A stretch of DNA of 64,000 nt from Candidatus Bruticola sp. (GCA_051874735.1 JBJEGD010000031.1:98681-162680); one strand, 5' to 3'; counted from the stretch's first letter, positions 20,379 through 30,127 are shown. Notes: a model not told the origin generated them from the letters alone. Made by a program: numbers and translations.

Positions 20379-21323
20379 TTGAAAAAACTGATAGAAATTT
20401 CTGAACTCAAAGATTTTTTTTGCAATAATGCCCCTAAAGTTTCTTTTGAGTTCTTTCCGCCCAAAACTCCGGAAGCAGAACAAACGCTTTGGCATACTAT
20501 CGTCCGTCTTGAACCACTAAAACCGGAATTTGTGGGGGTAACTTACGGAGCAGGCGGTTCTACTAGAGAACGAACTCATAATATTGTGACTCGTATAGCT
20601 AAAGAAACTTCTTTAGTACCTGCTTCTCATCTTACTTGTGCCGGAGCCAGCTGCCAGGAAGTCGATAATATTGCTCGACGTTATTGGGAAGCTGGTATTC
20701 GTCATATTGTGGCTTTGCGTGGAGATCCACCTAAAGGGTCTAAAGAGTACCTGCCACACCCTAACGGCTATAAGTACTGTTGTGATTTAGTGGCTGGTTT
20801 GCGCCGTATTGGCGATTTTGAAATAAGCGTAGCAGCTTTTCCTGAGGGCCATCCTGAATCAAATTCTCTCGATTTTGATATGGAAGTGTTAAAACGTAAA
20901 ATAGACGCAGGGGCTTCCAGGGCCATAACTCAGTATTTTTTTGACGTAGATGATTATTTCCGCCTTTTGGATAGAGCTGAAAGGCATCATATTGACATAC
21001 CTATAGTTCCTGGTATCCTTCCTGTCACTAATGCCAGTAGTCTGCTGCAGTTCAGTCGCACTTGCGGAGCCAAGCTGCCCGATTGGATTGTCAAACTTTT
21101 TGACGGTTTGGACGAAGTTCCGGGCATCCGCAGTATGTTGGCTATGCAGCTAGCGGCCAGCCAGCTGCTTTTACTTAGTAAAGCCGGCGTAGAGTCTTTT
21201 CATTTCTTTACTATGAATCGATCTGAACTCACTTGGGCTCTTTGTCGCATATTAGGCATTTTAACTAAACCACTTTCCGATTTAGATATTGCTGCTCAGA
21301 GTGAAAAACGCGGTTTAACTTAG
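20379..21323 (+). CDS. metF: 5,10-methylenetetrahydrofolate reductase
   Basis: SFEFFPPK, VTYGAGGSTR, HLTC, ALRGDPP, AAFPEGHPE, ITQYFFD, PGILP, FHFFTMNR. Confidence 0.95.
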   Translation: MKKLIEISELKDFFCNNAPKVSFEFFPPKTPEAEQTLWHTIVRLEPLKPEFVGVTYGAGGSTRERTHNIVTRIAKETSLVPASHLTCAGASCQEVDNIARRYWEAGIRHIVALRGDPPKGSKEYLPHPNGYKYCCDLVAGLRRIGDFEISVAAFPEGHPESNSLDFDMEVLKRKIDAGASRAITQYFFDVDDYFRLLDRAERHHIDIPIVPGILPVTNASSLLQFSRTCGAKLPDWIVKLFDGLDEVPGIRSMLAMQLAASQLLLLSKAGVESFHFFTMNRSELTWALCRILGILTKPLSDLDIAAQSEKRGLT

Positions 21324-21416
21324 AAACTTTCTAATAGTTTTAAAATTATAATTTACTAACATTATTATTCTTGGTACTACTGCACAGTGCCGGAATGCAG
21401 GTTTTAAGGAGGAATT

Positions 21417-22775
21417 ATGTCTATGCGCAAAGCGTTATGCGGTTTAGCAGCAGCTCTTTGTATAGCTACTGCTCCTGTAGCAGCTGAGGAGTCGGGCCAG
21501 GGAGATATGCATGTGCCTTATACAGAATTTGATCTTCCCAATGGGCTGCACGTTATTCTGCATGAAGATCATACTATTCCTATGGTTTATACCAACATTT
21601 GGTATAAAGTGGGTTCCAGTAACGAACAAGTAGGACGCACAGGTTTCGCTCATCTATTCGAGCACCTCATGTTTGAAGGTTCAGGCCATGTAAAAGAAGG
21701 CGAGTTCGATCGTCTATTGGAGGGGGTAGGGGGGAGCAACAATGCTTCTACTAGTACAGATCGCACTAACTATTACTGTTCAGTGCCTTCCTGCGCTTTA
21801 GAATTGCCTCTTTTTTTAGAATCGGACCGCATGGGATTCTTGCTCGATTCAATGTCGCCTAATGTTGTCGATGGCCAGCGCGATGTGGTTAAAAATGAAA
21901 TGCGTCAGAGCTATCTCAACCGCCCTTATGCCAGACTTTGGTTAGAATTGCCGCGTTTGCTCTATCCTAAAGAACATCCTTATAACTGGCCGATTATCGG
22001 ATCTATGGACGATTTAAGTGCTGCAGGCTATGAAGATGTAGTTAATTTCTTCAAAAAATACTATGTGCCTAATAATGCTAGTTTAGTAGTGGCTGGGGAT
22101 ATCGATCCTGCGGAAACCAAGCGTTTGGTAGAAAAGTGGTTTGCAGATGTAAAACCAGGCCCTAAAGTTGAGCGCCTTTCTGCTCCTCCAGTAGAACTGA
22201 AAGGCATAGTCAAAAAAACTATTGAAGACAAAGTCGCTCTGCCTCTTCGTTCGCAAAGCTGGCCCACTCCCGCTTTGTATGCAGAAGGAGATGCTGATAT
22301 GGATGTATTGGCTTCTATCCTGACCAATAGCAAAAATTCACGTCTTTATAAGCGTCTAGTTTACGAGATGCAGATAGTGCAAAGCATTATGGCCGAACAA
22401 TCTAGTTCCGACTTAGGTTCCTGCTTTACTATTACCTATATCCCTAAGCCTGGAGTCAATCTAGACGAAGTGCAGAAGATCGTAAATGAAGAAATTGCGA
22501 AGATTCAGAATACACCGCCCAGTCAGCAAGAAATTGATCGTGTGGTTAATATGACTGAATCGGCTTTTTATGCTAATGCTGAGTATATCTCTGAAAAAGC
22601 TGATATGCTCAATAACTATTATTGGCACTTTGGCAAGCCTGACTCTTTCTCGTCTGATTTGGAGCGTTACCGTAAAGTAACTCCTGAATCCGTGTCTGCA
22701 TGTGCTAAAAAATATCTCGATCTTGGCAAATATGTGGAAATAACCGTTGTACCCGAAAAGAAGGAGGCTGAGTGA
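21417..22775 (+). CDS. M16B Zn-peptidase, catalytic subunit, exported
   Basis: Signal peptide; inverted zincin GFAHLFEHLMFEGS, NASTSTDRTNY, LESDRM; RBS AAGGAGG. Confidence 0.92.
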   Translation: MSMRKALCGLAAALCIATAPVAAEESGQGDMHVPYTEFDLPNGLHVILHEDHTIPMVYTNIWYKVGSSNEQVGRTGFAHLFEHLMFEGSGHVKEGEFDRLLEGVGGSNNASTSTDRTNYYCSVPSCALELPLFLESDRMGFLLDSMSPNVVDGQRDVVKNEMRQSYLNRPYARLWLELPRLLYPKEHPYNWPIIGSMDDLSAAGYEDVVNFFKKYYVPNNASLVVAGDIDPAETKRLVEKWFADVKPGPKVERLSAPPVELKGIVKKTIEDKVALPLRSQSWPTPALYAEGDADMDVLASILTNSKNSRLYKRLVYEMQIVQSIMAEQSSSDLGSCFTITYIPKPGVNLDEVQKIVNEEIAKIQNTPPSQQEIDRVVNMTESAFYANAEYISEKADMLNNYYWHFGKPDSFSSDLERYRKVTPESVSACAKKYLDLGKYVEITVVPEKKEAE

Positions 22776-24343
22776 ACATGAAATTTTGGCTTACTTCTTG
22801 TATTTTTGTATTAGGAATGTCTCTTATGGCTCAAGCTGAAACTCCAGTAAAAAGTAATGATAAGGGAATGGCTCCCAACCGTTTAACGCCTCCTCCTGTC
22901 AGTTCTCCCTCTTCGGTATCGGTTCCTAAAATTGAAAAACGTCAACTTTCCAATGGTATTCCCGTTTGGTTTATGGAGCGTCGGACTACTCCTTTGGTTA
23001 CCGCTTGTTTATTTGTCAAAGCTGGGGCTGTCGACGAGCCTATTAACAAAATGGGGTTGGCGGCTTTGACTGCTGAGTGTCTCGATGAAGGCACCGCTAA
23101 ATACGATGCTTTGCAGTTTGCTGAGCAGAGTGACAATATCGGTTCTTATTTTAATATAGATCAGTCTTATTTTGGATCGACTATTTCTTTAACCGTTCCT
23201 AGCCAGCGTTTGGCTCAAGGACTCGATCTTATGTCTGAAGCGGTAATCCATCCTACTTTTCCGGATAAGGAAATTGCTCGTCTTAAAAATTTGCGTTTAA
23301 CTAGTTTTATGCAGCAGCGCGAAGATCCGTCTTCTTTAGCTAGTTGCGCCTTTAGCCGCTTAATTTATAGGGCTGATCCCGAAAACAGACAGGGCTATAG
23401 TTTAAATGGTTTAGCTCAAACTTACGCTTCTTTAAATCGTCAAGATGTGGTTAGCTATTATAAACGTTATTATGCACCGCAGAATGCCTTTTTCTCTGTG
23501 ACTGGCGACGTCGATATTGACAAAGTTATGGAGCAGCTTGAATCTAAATTCGGCAGCTGGAAGCGGGCTGAACTTAGCCGTCAAGAGACTGCCGTTGAGT
23601 TTAAAGAAGGCCTTAATAAGCCGGTCAGCGCCCTTAAGAAGGGAAGCTCTCAAAGTTTGAATTTGGCTGCGTTGCCTAAAACTTCTTCAGGTGTAGGCAA
23701 AATTTTGTATGTGGTGGATCGTCCCGGTTCTCACCAATCTGTATTGCGTGTGGGTAGAATTGGTTTTGCTAGAAATACTAAATATTTCTTCCCTCTGAAA
23801 GTTATGAATACAGCTTTGGGCGGTTCTTTTATGTCCAGGCTCAACCAGAATTTGCGTGAGAAAAACGGTTATACCTACGGTGCTCGTTCTATGTTCGTTT
23901 TTCGTAAGGAGGCCGGTCCTTTCTTAGTTGCTACTGATGTTCAGGCTGACAAGACTGTGCCAGCTTTGCGTGAGATTCTCAATGAAATTGAATCTATGAG
24001 TAAAAAGATGGATACCGAGGAACTGGAACGCACAGAAAATTATATCTGCTACGGTTATCCTCAGTCTTTCGAAACTAGTTTAAAGTTGGCCCAGCGCCTT
24101 CTGGAAATGCAGCTTTATAATTTGCCCGATGATTATTATGACAATTACGTTGATAATATAAGAAAAGTTGATGCAGCGTCTATGAATATGCCGCGCCTCT
24201 CTTTCTTTAGACCGGAAACTATGGTTATGGTAGCTGTAGGCGATGCTTCGTCTATTGCTGAGCAGCTTAAAGATATGCCGGGCTGGAAAATGGAGGTTCT
24301 CTCCGTAGATGCTGTTATGGGACCTGATGTGCCGTTAGAATAA
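22772..24343 (+). CDS. M16B peptidase, non-catalytic subunit, exported
   Basis: Signal peptide, LSNGIPV, no HxxEH, LGGSFMSRLNQNLREKNGYTYGA; GTGA overlap with the preceding gene. Confidence 0.9.
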   Translation: MNMKFWLTSCIFVLGMSLMAQAETPVKSNDKGMAPNRLTPPPVSSPSSVSVPKIEKRQLSNGIPVWFMERRTTPLVTACLFVKAGAVDEPINKMGLAALTAECLDEGTAKYDALQFAEQSDNIGSYFNIDQSYFGSTISLTVPSQRLAQGLDLMSEAVIHPTFPDKEIARLKNLRLTSFMQQREDPSSLASCAFSRLIYRADPENRQGYSLNGLAQTYASLNRQDVVSYYKRYYAPQNAFFSVTGDVDIDKVMEQLESKFGSWKRAELSRQETAVEFKEGLNKPVSALKKGSSQSLNLAALPKTSSGVGKILYVVDRPGSHQSVLRVGRIGFARNTKYFFPLKVMNTALGGSFMSRLNQNLREKNGYTYGARSMFVFRKEAGPFLVATDVQADKTVPALREILNEIESMSKKMDTEELERTENYICYGYPQSFETSLKLAQRLLEMQLYNLPDDYYDNYVDNIRKVDAASMNMPRLSFFRPETMVMVAVGDASSIAEQLKDMPGWKMEVLSVDAVMGPDVPLE

Positions 24344-24423
24344 AAAAGTTGCGCAATTTTAGCTGTAAAGCTTTAAATTCGCGGATAAGTTCGACTTTAT
24401 TTAACAAATTTTGAAGTCGAGAA

Positions 24424-24471
24424 TAACTTAATAAGGCCGCTCTGAATTTTCAGAGCGGCCTTATTAAGTTA
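24424..24471. terminator. Perfect 23-bp inverted repeat, probable bidirectional terminator
   Basis: TAACTTAATAAGGCCGCTCTGAA-TT-TTCAGAGCGGCCTTATTAAGTTA between convergent genes. Confidence 0.8.
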
Positions 24472-24489
24472 GCAGAAAGATTGTAGACC

Positions 24490-25950
24490 TTAACTAATCA
24501 TAGTGTTTCTTTCAATAGTCATTTTCCCATCGGTCCAGCGTACTATACCCATATATGGATTGCCATTTTTATCAAACAGATCTTCTTTTTTCACTACCTG
24601 ATTAGGTTCAGTGTAGAGAATCGAACCGTTTTGGATGTGCATTTTCAGGTCGTTAATTAAATCGGAGCTGTCGCTCATGGTACCGATACTAGAGGAGGCT
24701 TGAGCTTTTACTTCTGCTCCGGCGAATTTGCCAAATTCCGGCCCTTCTAAGGTTACTGTAACTTCATGGGTCGGAACTGAATTCATAGAAACAGTCGCAG
24801 GGGTATCGTCATCTTCGAACAATATATTGCGATTTTGCATGCAATTCAAAATGATATCGTGATTCTTGCCACCCATATCTTCATCGGCTTTAAGCATGCA
24901 GAGAGCAATATCGCGGTAAGTAGCGTTAGTCTGTGGAGACATATTTATAGCTTTAGCCAATATGTCCATACTTTCATTGCCGGCCGCTTTTATGGCCTTA
25001 GCAGTTTCCATACCGTCAGTCATGTTGCGTTCTGTAAGGGCGGCCATAATATCGTATTGAGCGCCACTGAAAATGCGTGACCAGCTGTGGCATTCGGTAG
25101 TCAGAGGATCGGTGCCGGAAGGATTGCGATCGACAGTATGAGGAGCTTGCCATTTGAAGTCGTTAATTAAACTGCGCACGTGATCTCCGCCAGTTACGTT
25201 GCGTCCGGCTTCATTATTAATAGCGCGGCCCATTAATTCGCCAGTTTCTGACAGGCAGTTAGGCTGGTGCAGATTACCGCCGCATTCTTGGGCTGCTAAT
25301 TCGCACACTTCATCGCTCTGACTAGCCATATAAAGAGCCGTCAAGTCTCCGAAAGCTTCATGAAAACCGTTAGTATCAGCGTGCCAGGATGAGAAAAAAC
25401 CGGGGCGTATGGCATCTAAAATAGCGTGGCCTGCTTCATGAGAGACTATTTCTCCAGAACTTCCGGAGTATACTTGCTGTTGAGTAACCGGATCTTTGGC
25501 GTGGAAGAAGTTCAGAGATTCATCTTGGCGTGAGTAGTAGGCATTGAGCATAACACCGCCGTCAGGAATAAGCTTAATTTGCTTTTCACCGAAAGCCCAA
25601 TTTATATCTTGACCGAATTTTTCACTCATAGAGTTGACAGTAGTTTGAATTACGGCCATGGTATTGGCTGCTACGTATTGACGGGTGCCCGGCTTATAGA
25701 TATATTCGCCATCTTTATTGGGCCGCAGTCCTTCCTGATCTGCCAATCGTACGTGCTCGCCTTCAGGTGCTTTTTTGCTATTAGTCCTGATGTTTGGTAC
25801 TTGGATTGTAATCGGATCCATCACCAATTCATCTTGAGGATTGTAAGAAAATTCTGGACCTTTGGTGGCAGCATTTACTTCAGATGAGTTTATACCGCTA
25901 TTGGGGGCTGTATAAGCTGTTGAGCTAATGCCGCTGATAGAGTTTAACAT
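24490..25950 (-). CDS. Gluzincin Zn-metalloprotease (M4/M36-like), paralog 1, no Sec signal
   Basis: NAYYSR, IVSHEAGHAILD (HExxH), GFHEAFGD (third ligand E), ECHSWS; RBS GAGAGG. Confidence 0.85.
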   Translation of the reverse strand: MLNSISGISSTAYTAPNSGINSSEVNAATKGPEFSYNPQDELVMDPITIQVPNIRTNSKKAPEGEHVRLADQEGLRPNKDGEYIYKPGTRQYVAANTMAVIQTTVNSMSEKFGQDINWAFGEKQIKLIPDGGVMLNAYYSRQDESLNFFHAKDPVTQQQVYSGSSGEIVSHEAGHAILDAIRPGFFSSWHADTNGFHEAFGDLTALYMASQSDEVCELAAQECGGNLHQPNCLSETGELMGRAINNEAGRNVTGGDHVRSLINDFKWQAPHTVDRNPSGTDPLTTECHSWSRIFSGAQYDIMAALTERNMTDGMETAKAIKAAGNESMDILAKAINMSPQTNATYRDIALCMLKADEDMGGKNHDIILNCMQNRNILFEDDDTPATVSMNSVPTHEVTVTLEGPEFGKFAGAEVKAQASSSIGTMSDSSDLINDLKMHIQNGSILYTEPNQVVKKEDLFDKNGNPYMGIVRWTDGKMTIERNTMIS

Positions 25951-26192
25951 GTCAGTAACCTCTCGTAAAAACGTATCTTTGAAGTTATCCCGCCCATTAT
26001 TTTGTACTCTTATTATATATATAAGAGTGTGTATTATATTTACATAGATGTTTCATTTAACGCAGATCCGTTAAAACGCCTGCTTAATAAAAATTAAGCC
26101 CCCGCACCTGGTAGTTAGTTTGGAGGCTCACTTTGGGCTAGCACAGCCCAAGAGAGGCTGTATCTATTTTTTGTACCCGAGTTTTTGTCTTA

Positions 26193-27677
26193 TTAACTGA
26201 TCATTTTGTTGCGCTCAATAACCATTTTTCCATCAGTCCAGCGCACTACACCCATGTAAGGATTGCCATTTTTATCAAAAAGGTCTTTCTTCTCGACAAC
26301 TTGGTTAGGTTCAGTGTAAAGAATGGCTCCGCTGTTAATTAAGCGCTTCATGTCTTTAGCCAACTTGTCGCCAGGATTGCTCATAATGCCGATAGCATTT
26401 CCTCCGGAAGTATTCTTACCTGTAACTTCAGCACCAGCAAAAATACCGTACTCAGGTCCGTCTAAAGTAATAGTAAGATCGCAGGGTTCCGCAGTAATAG
26501 CCATAGTTTCCGCAGGAGTGTCGTCACCCTCCTCGAGTATGTTTCTCTCTTTGAAAGTATTAAGAATAATGTCGTGCGCTCTACCTTCGTTGCTGCGAGC
26601 ATCAACTTTTAACATAGATAAAGCGATATCTCTGTAAGAGGCATCGTGAGTTGGAGAAATTTTCACAGCTCCGACTAATAATTCCATACTCTCTTGACCG
26701 GCAGCTTTGATGGCCTGAGCGGCGTCCATGCCTTCAGCCATATTGCGCTTGGTAATAGCTGCCATAACATCGTATTGGGCGCCGCTAAAAATTCGGGACC
26801 AATCGTGCATTTCGGTAGATACGGGATGCTCAGGGGTAGGCTCTTCGCTATCTATGCCGCTGGGATCCTCCCATTTGCAGTTGTTAATCATACAGCGCAC
26901 GTAGTCGCGTGGTTCGGTATGTATATTATATTTATTATTAATAGCGCGTCCCATGTGTTCGCCAGTATCGGAAAGCAGGCTGGGTTGGCTTAAGTCGCCG
27001 CCTGTTTGCTGGGCAGCGATCTGGCATACTTGGTCGTTTTGGGTAGACATATAAAGAGCGGTAAGATCGCCGAAAGCCTCGTGCAGACCGTTTGTATCAG
27101 CACTCCAGGAAGTTAGAAAACCGGGGCGCACGGCATCAAGAATAGCGTGTCCCACTTCGTGAGAAATGACTTCTCCGGAGGCGCCAGAGTAGACAGTTTC
27201 TTTTTTGACCGGATCAAAATCGTGGAAAAAGTTTAGAGATTCTTCGTCTCGGGAATAATAAGCATTCAGATCGACGCCTGCATCGGAATCTAAGAGAATT
27301 TGTTTATCACCGAAGGCAAAAGTGACGTCATATCCCAGAAGTTTTTCCATACTGCTGATGGTGTGCTGTACAGTAGCCATACTGTTGGCAGCTGCATATT
27401 GTTTAGTACCTTTATCGAAAACGTAGCTGCCTTCAGAATTCGGTTTTAGACGTTCTTTTTTTACGAATTTTACATTTTCGGTGCGGGGAGCTTTGGCCGT
27501 TTTACCATGTTCAGTTTTGAGATCTATGGTAACAGGATCCATAACCAATTCATCTTGAGGATTATAAGAAAATTCCATCTCTTGGGGCTGAGCATTATTG
27601 TTAGAGGTAGCAGCCTCGAGCTGATAGGTAGGAGCTGCGCAAGAGGCGCAGTTGGTACTGTAAATTGAACCAATCAT
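26193..27677 (-). CDS. Gluzincin Zn-metalloprotease (M4/M36-like), paralog 2, no Sec signal
   Basis: NAYYSR, VISHEVGHAILD, GLHEAFGD, EMHDWS; collinear with 24490-25950; RBS AGAGG. Confidence 0.85.
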   Translation of the reverse strand: MIGSIYSTNCASCAAPTYQLEAATSNNNAQPQEMEFSYNPQDELVMDPVTIDLKTEHGKTAKAPRTENVKFVKKERLKPNSEGSYVFDKGTKQYAAANSMATVQHTISSMEKLLGYDVTFAFGDKQILLDSDAGVDLNAYYSRDEESLNFFHDFDPVKKETVYSGASGEVISHEVGHAILDAVRPGFLTSWSADTNGLHEAFGDLTALYMSTQNDQVCQIAAQQTGGDLSQPSLLSDTGEHMGRAINNKYNIHTEPRDYVRCMINNCKWEDPSGIDSEEPTPEHPVSTEMHDWSRIFSGAQYDVMAAITKRNMAEGMDAAQAIKAAGQESMELLVGAVKISPTHDASYRDIALSMLKVDARSNEGRAHDIILNTFKERNILEEGDDTPAETMAITAEPCDLTITLDGPEYGIFAGAEVTGKNTSGGNAIGIMSNPGDKLAKDMKRLINSGAILYTEPNQVVEKKDLFDKNGNPYMGVVRWTDGKMVIERNKMIS

Positions 27678-28082
27678 TGTTAAAAAGACCTCTTTATTAA
27701 ATGTGGACAGATGTACGGATATATAGGTTAACTTCTGTGTTTATCAAGAACTTCCCCAGGTAATTTCTGAGAAAAGGGTTTGAATTTTTCTGCCAGTATT
27801 TATGCCGCCGCCTGTCCTGCGAACACATAAAAAGCATCTGCTATCTGTCAGTTATATTTTAGCGTATCGTATTAGGGTAACGTGAACTAAATGTAAATAT
27901 CTGGCTGCTAAAACCATATAGAAGAGCTTTAATATAATTTAATTTCACTTATAAATATTTAAATAGATTTAATAAAAATGCAGTTTTAGGGTAGTATATT
28001 TACATTGTTTTATAGCTAATATACTAAGTTTGTGCTATCCTGAATGATATGCCAATACGAGAGAAAGACGTGCGCCACAGTT

Positions 28083-29108
28083 ATGAACATTAATTCTGTT
28101 AATATGCAATCTTTTATACCGGGCTGCGGAAATATACAAACTGAGGCCGTTAAGAGTCCTGTTGTGGAAGAGGCTGTTTTGCCGTCTGCATCAGATATTT
28201 TTGAAAGTTCTCTAAGCAGCGTCTCCAACGGAGAAGCGGCTGTTGTGTCGGGCGCCCAATCTGCTGTTAAAGATAAAACACAACTGTCCGATCACGATTT
28301 AAATCAGCTTTTAGAACAGATTGTTTCCTGCAGTGATAACGAGCATTCGTCTACCTCTTGTGCAGTTTCTTCTGCTATGGGGGAGGCCGATTTCCAGGCT
28401 GCTGGTTTAGGCAGTCTCAGTTTGAAAGGGTTTACTTCTAGTCGCGTACCCACACTTAGTCTAGTCCAAGATTATCAATATATTTCTGAGTCTGATGCAG
28501 AAAATAACTACAATAATAATGTTAAGTCCGATTTAAACATGGCTGAGCGCGGTTGCATTAAGGCTTACTGTACAGTGGCCTACCAAAAAATGAATGGTTA
28601 CCTGCTGGGCAACGTGAAGAGTCGTTTTGGAGTCGTGCGCAAAGCCTCTGAATGTATGGCTAAAGCTTTGGAAAGGCATAGTGTTCCTCAGGGCTCGATC
28701 CTTTATCGTACTGCTAGTCTGGCTGAGCTGCGCAATTATATGACTGCTGAAGATTATGACAAGGTAGCTGAGATGCAGTTAGATATGTCTCCAGCCGAAT
28801 TAGCTCCTTATATAAAGTCTAAAATAAGCGGTACTCAGTCTAATCGCAAAACTTTTCTTTCCACTACTATCGATCACAAGTTCGATTTTCAAGACAAACC
28901 TAAAGTCGCCACTAAAATATACGTTGGCGACAACGTAAAAGGCATTTATGTGGCGGCCGATGAGAAGCTTACCCGCTTCCCTGAAGAAAAAGAGTACTTG
29001 TTAGCTCCAGGCACCAAGATGACCGTTATGGACGTCGAGTATAGCGAGAAGAATAAGGGCTTCATCCTTCATGTATATGCTGGCGATGTGCCACCTAGTG
29101 AGGCTTAG
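28083..29108 (+). CDS. Mono-ADP-ribosyltransferase, R-S-E clade (VIP2/C3/ExoS-like), with Ser-rich disordered N-terminus
   Basis: IKAYCTVAYQKMNGYL, ILYRT (R), FLSTT (STS motif), PEEKEYLL (ExE). Start ATG 28083 preferred; the ORF track gives 28044. Confidence 0.85.
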   Translation: MNINSVNMQSFIPGCGNIQTEAVKSPVVEEAVLPSASDIFESSLSSVSNGEAAVVSGAQSAVKDKTQLSDHDLNQLLEQIVSCSDNEHSSTSCAVSSAMGEADFQAAGLGSLSLKGFTSSRVPTLSLVQDYQYISESDAENNYNNNVKSDLNMAERGCIKAYCTVAYQKMNGYLLGNVKSRFGVVRKASECMAKALERHSVPQGSILYRTASLAELRNYMTAEDYDKVAEMQLDMSPAELAPYIKSKISGTQSNRKTFLSTTIDHKFDFQDKPKVATKIYVGDNVKGIYVAADEKLTRFPEEKEYLLAPGTKMTVMDVEYSEKNKGFILHVYAGDVPPSEA

Positions 29109-29112
29109 TGTT

Positions 29113-29337
29113 ATGGTTGAAGACAGAAAAAGTATAAATGATGCTTTAAATAGGGCTGCAGCAGGAATTTCGGCTGCTGAGGCCGTGGAACAGCGGCGCG
29201 AATCAGAAATAGTTTCGCTTAGTCGCAGTGATATTACCGATTTGTTGCCTCCGGAGCAGCGGGCCGAACTTGAAGCTCAGGCTGAAGCTATAGAGCGCCG
29301 CTGGCGTGAGAAGCGTATTTTAGCCGACGAACAATAA
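29113..29337 (+). CDS. Small charged helical protein co-transcribed with the ART (candidate immunity, antitoxin or chaperone)
   Basis: ATG 4 nt after the ART stop, 74 aa, E/R/A-rich, ends just before a terminator. Confidence 0.6.
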   Translation: MVEDRKSINDALNRAAAGISAAEAVEQRRESEIVSLSRSDITDLLPPEQRAELEAQAEAIERRWREKRILADEQ

Positions 29338-29340
29338 ACG

Positions 29341-29383
29341 AAAAAAAGAAGGCTGTAGTTTCAATCTACAGCCTTCTTTTTTT
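29341..29383. terminator. Bidirectional intrinsic terminator
   Basis: AAAAAAAGAAGGCTGTAG-TTTCAAT-CTACAGCCTTCTTTTTT between convergent genes. Confidence 0.85.
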
Positions 29384-29432
29384 AGTAACCACCGGCACAA
29401 AAACTGGAAACCCAACCTAAATTGGCAAACGT

Positions 29433-30125
29433 TTAACTTCTTATCTGTTTCTCGTTCATATTGCCCATTCTGTCTATAGTAATTTCGACGCCGATGCGAG
29501 GAGTAGAGGCTTTTTCGTAGTGCTTAACTTGAATTTTTCCGTCTACATAGGGAGTTCCATCTGGTTTAAACAGAATAAAGAAGGAACTGCCGCCAGTTTT
29601 GGCTGCTTTAGTCTGTTTATCGGCTTCAATAAATTCTACCCAAACACCTTTAGTAATCTGTTTTTGGGGATCGGTAATGCCAGCACCTCCTCTAGCTGCC
29701 CTAACCAATCCGCTTGTAGCGAACAAAGCGACCTGATCGTAAGAGCCTACAAAGCCTTTGTTTACAACTCTTGATTTCCCATCGGGAGTGCGTCCGTTAT
29801 AGACACGCCAGACAAAACACTCCGAATTTCCAAAAAGTTTGCTGAAGTTGTTTACACCTTGATTATATTGAGAGTTTGAAGCTTTGGGACGAGTTGTACC
29901 GTTTACGACAAGGTCGCCGGCAGAGCGGGCTAAGGGGGGGACATCGTGCAGAGCTCCGCAAAGTTGCTCCATCTCCTGCCGCACTTGAGTTCTGGCTAAG
30001 TTGCGGCGATGATTGCCTATGCCTATCGCAGCCAGAACGGCTAAAATGCCGATTACCACCATAAGCTCTATGAGAGTATAACCTAAAAACTTGTGTTTGG
30101 AGTGCGGTGACATAAATATTTTCAT
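29433..30125 (-). CDS. Type IV minor pilin / pseudopilin (FimT/GspH-like)
   Basis: KHKFLG|YTLIELMVVIGILAVLAAIGI class III signal; C-terminal ILFKPDGTP...ITIDRMG typical of FimT/GspH. Confidence 0.8.
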   Translation of the reverse strand: MKIFMSPHSKHKFLGYTLIELMVVIGILAVLAAIGIGNHRRNLARTQVRQEMEQLCGALHDVPPLARSAGDLVVNGTTRPKASNSQYNQGVNNFSKLFGNSECFVWRVYNGRTPDGKSRVVNKGFVGSYDQVALFATSGLVRAARGGAGITDPQKQITKGVWVEFIEADKQTKAAKTGGSSFFILFKPDGTPYVDGKIQVKHYEKASTPRIGVEITIDRMGNMNEKQIRS

Positions 30126-30127
30126 GT

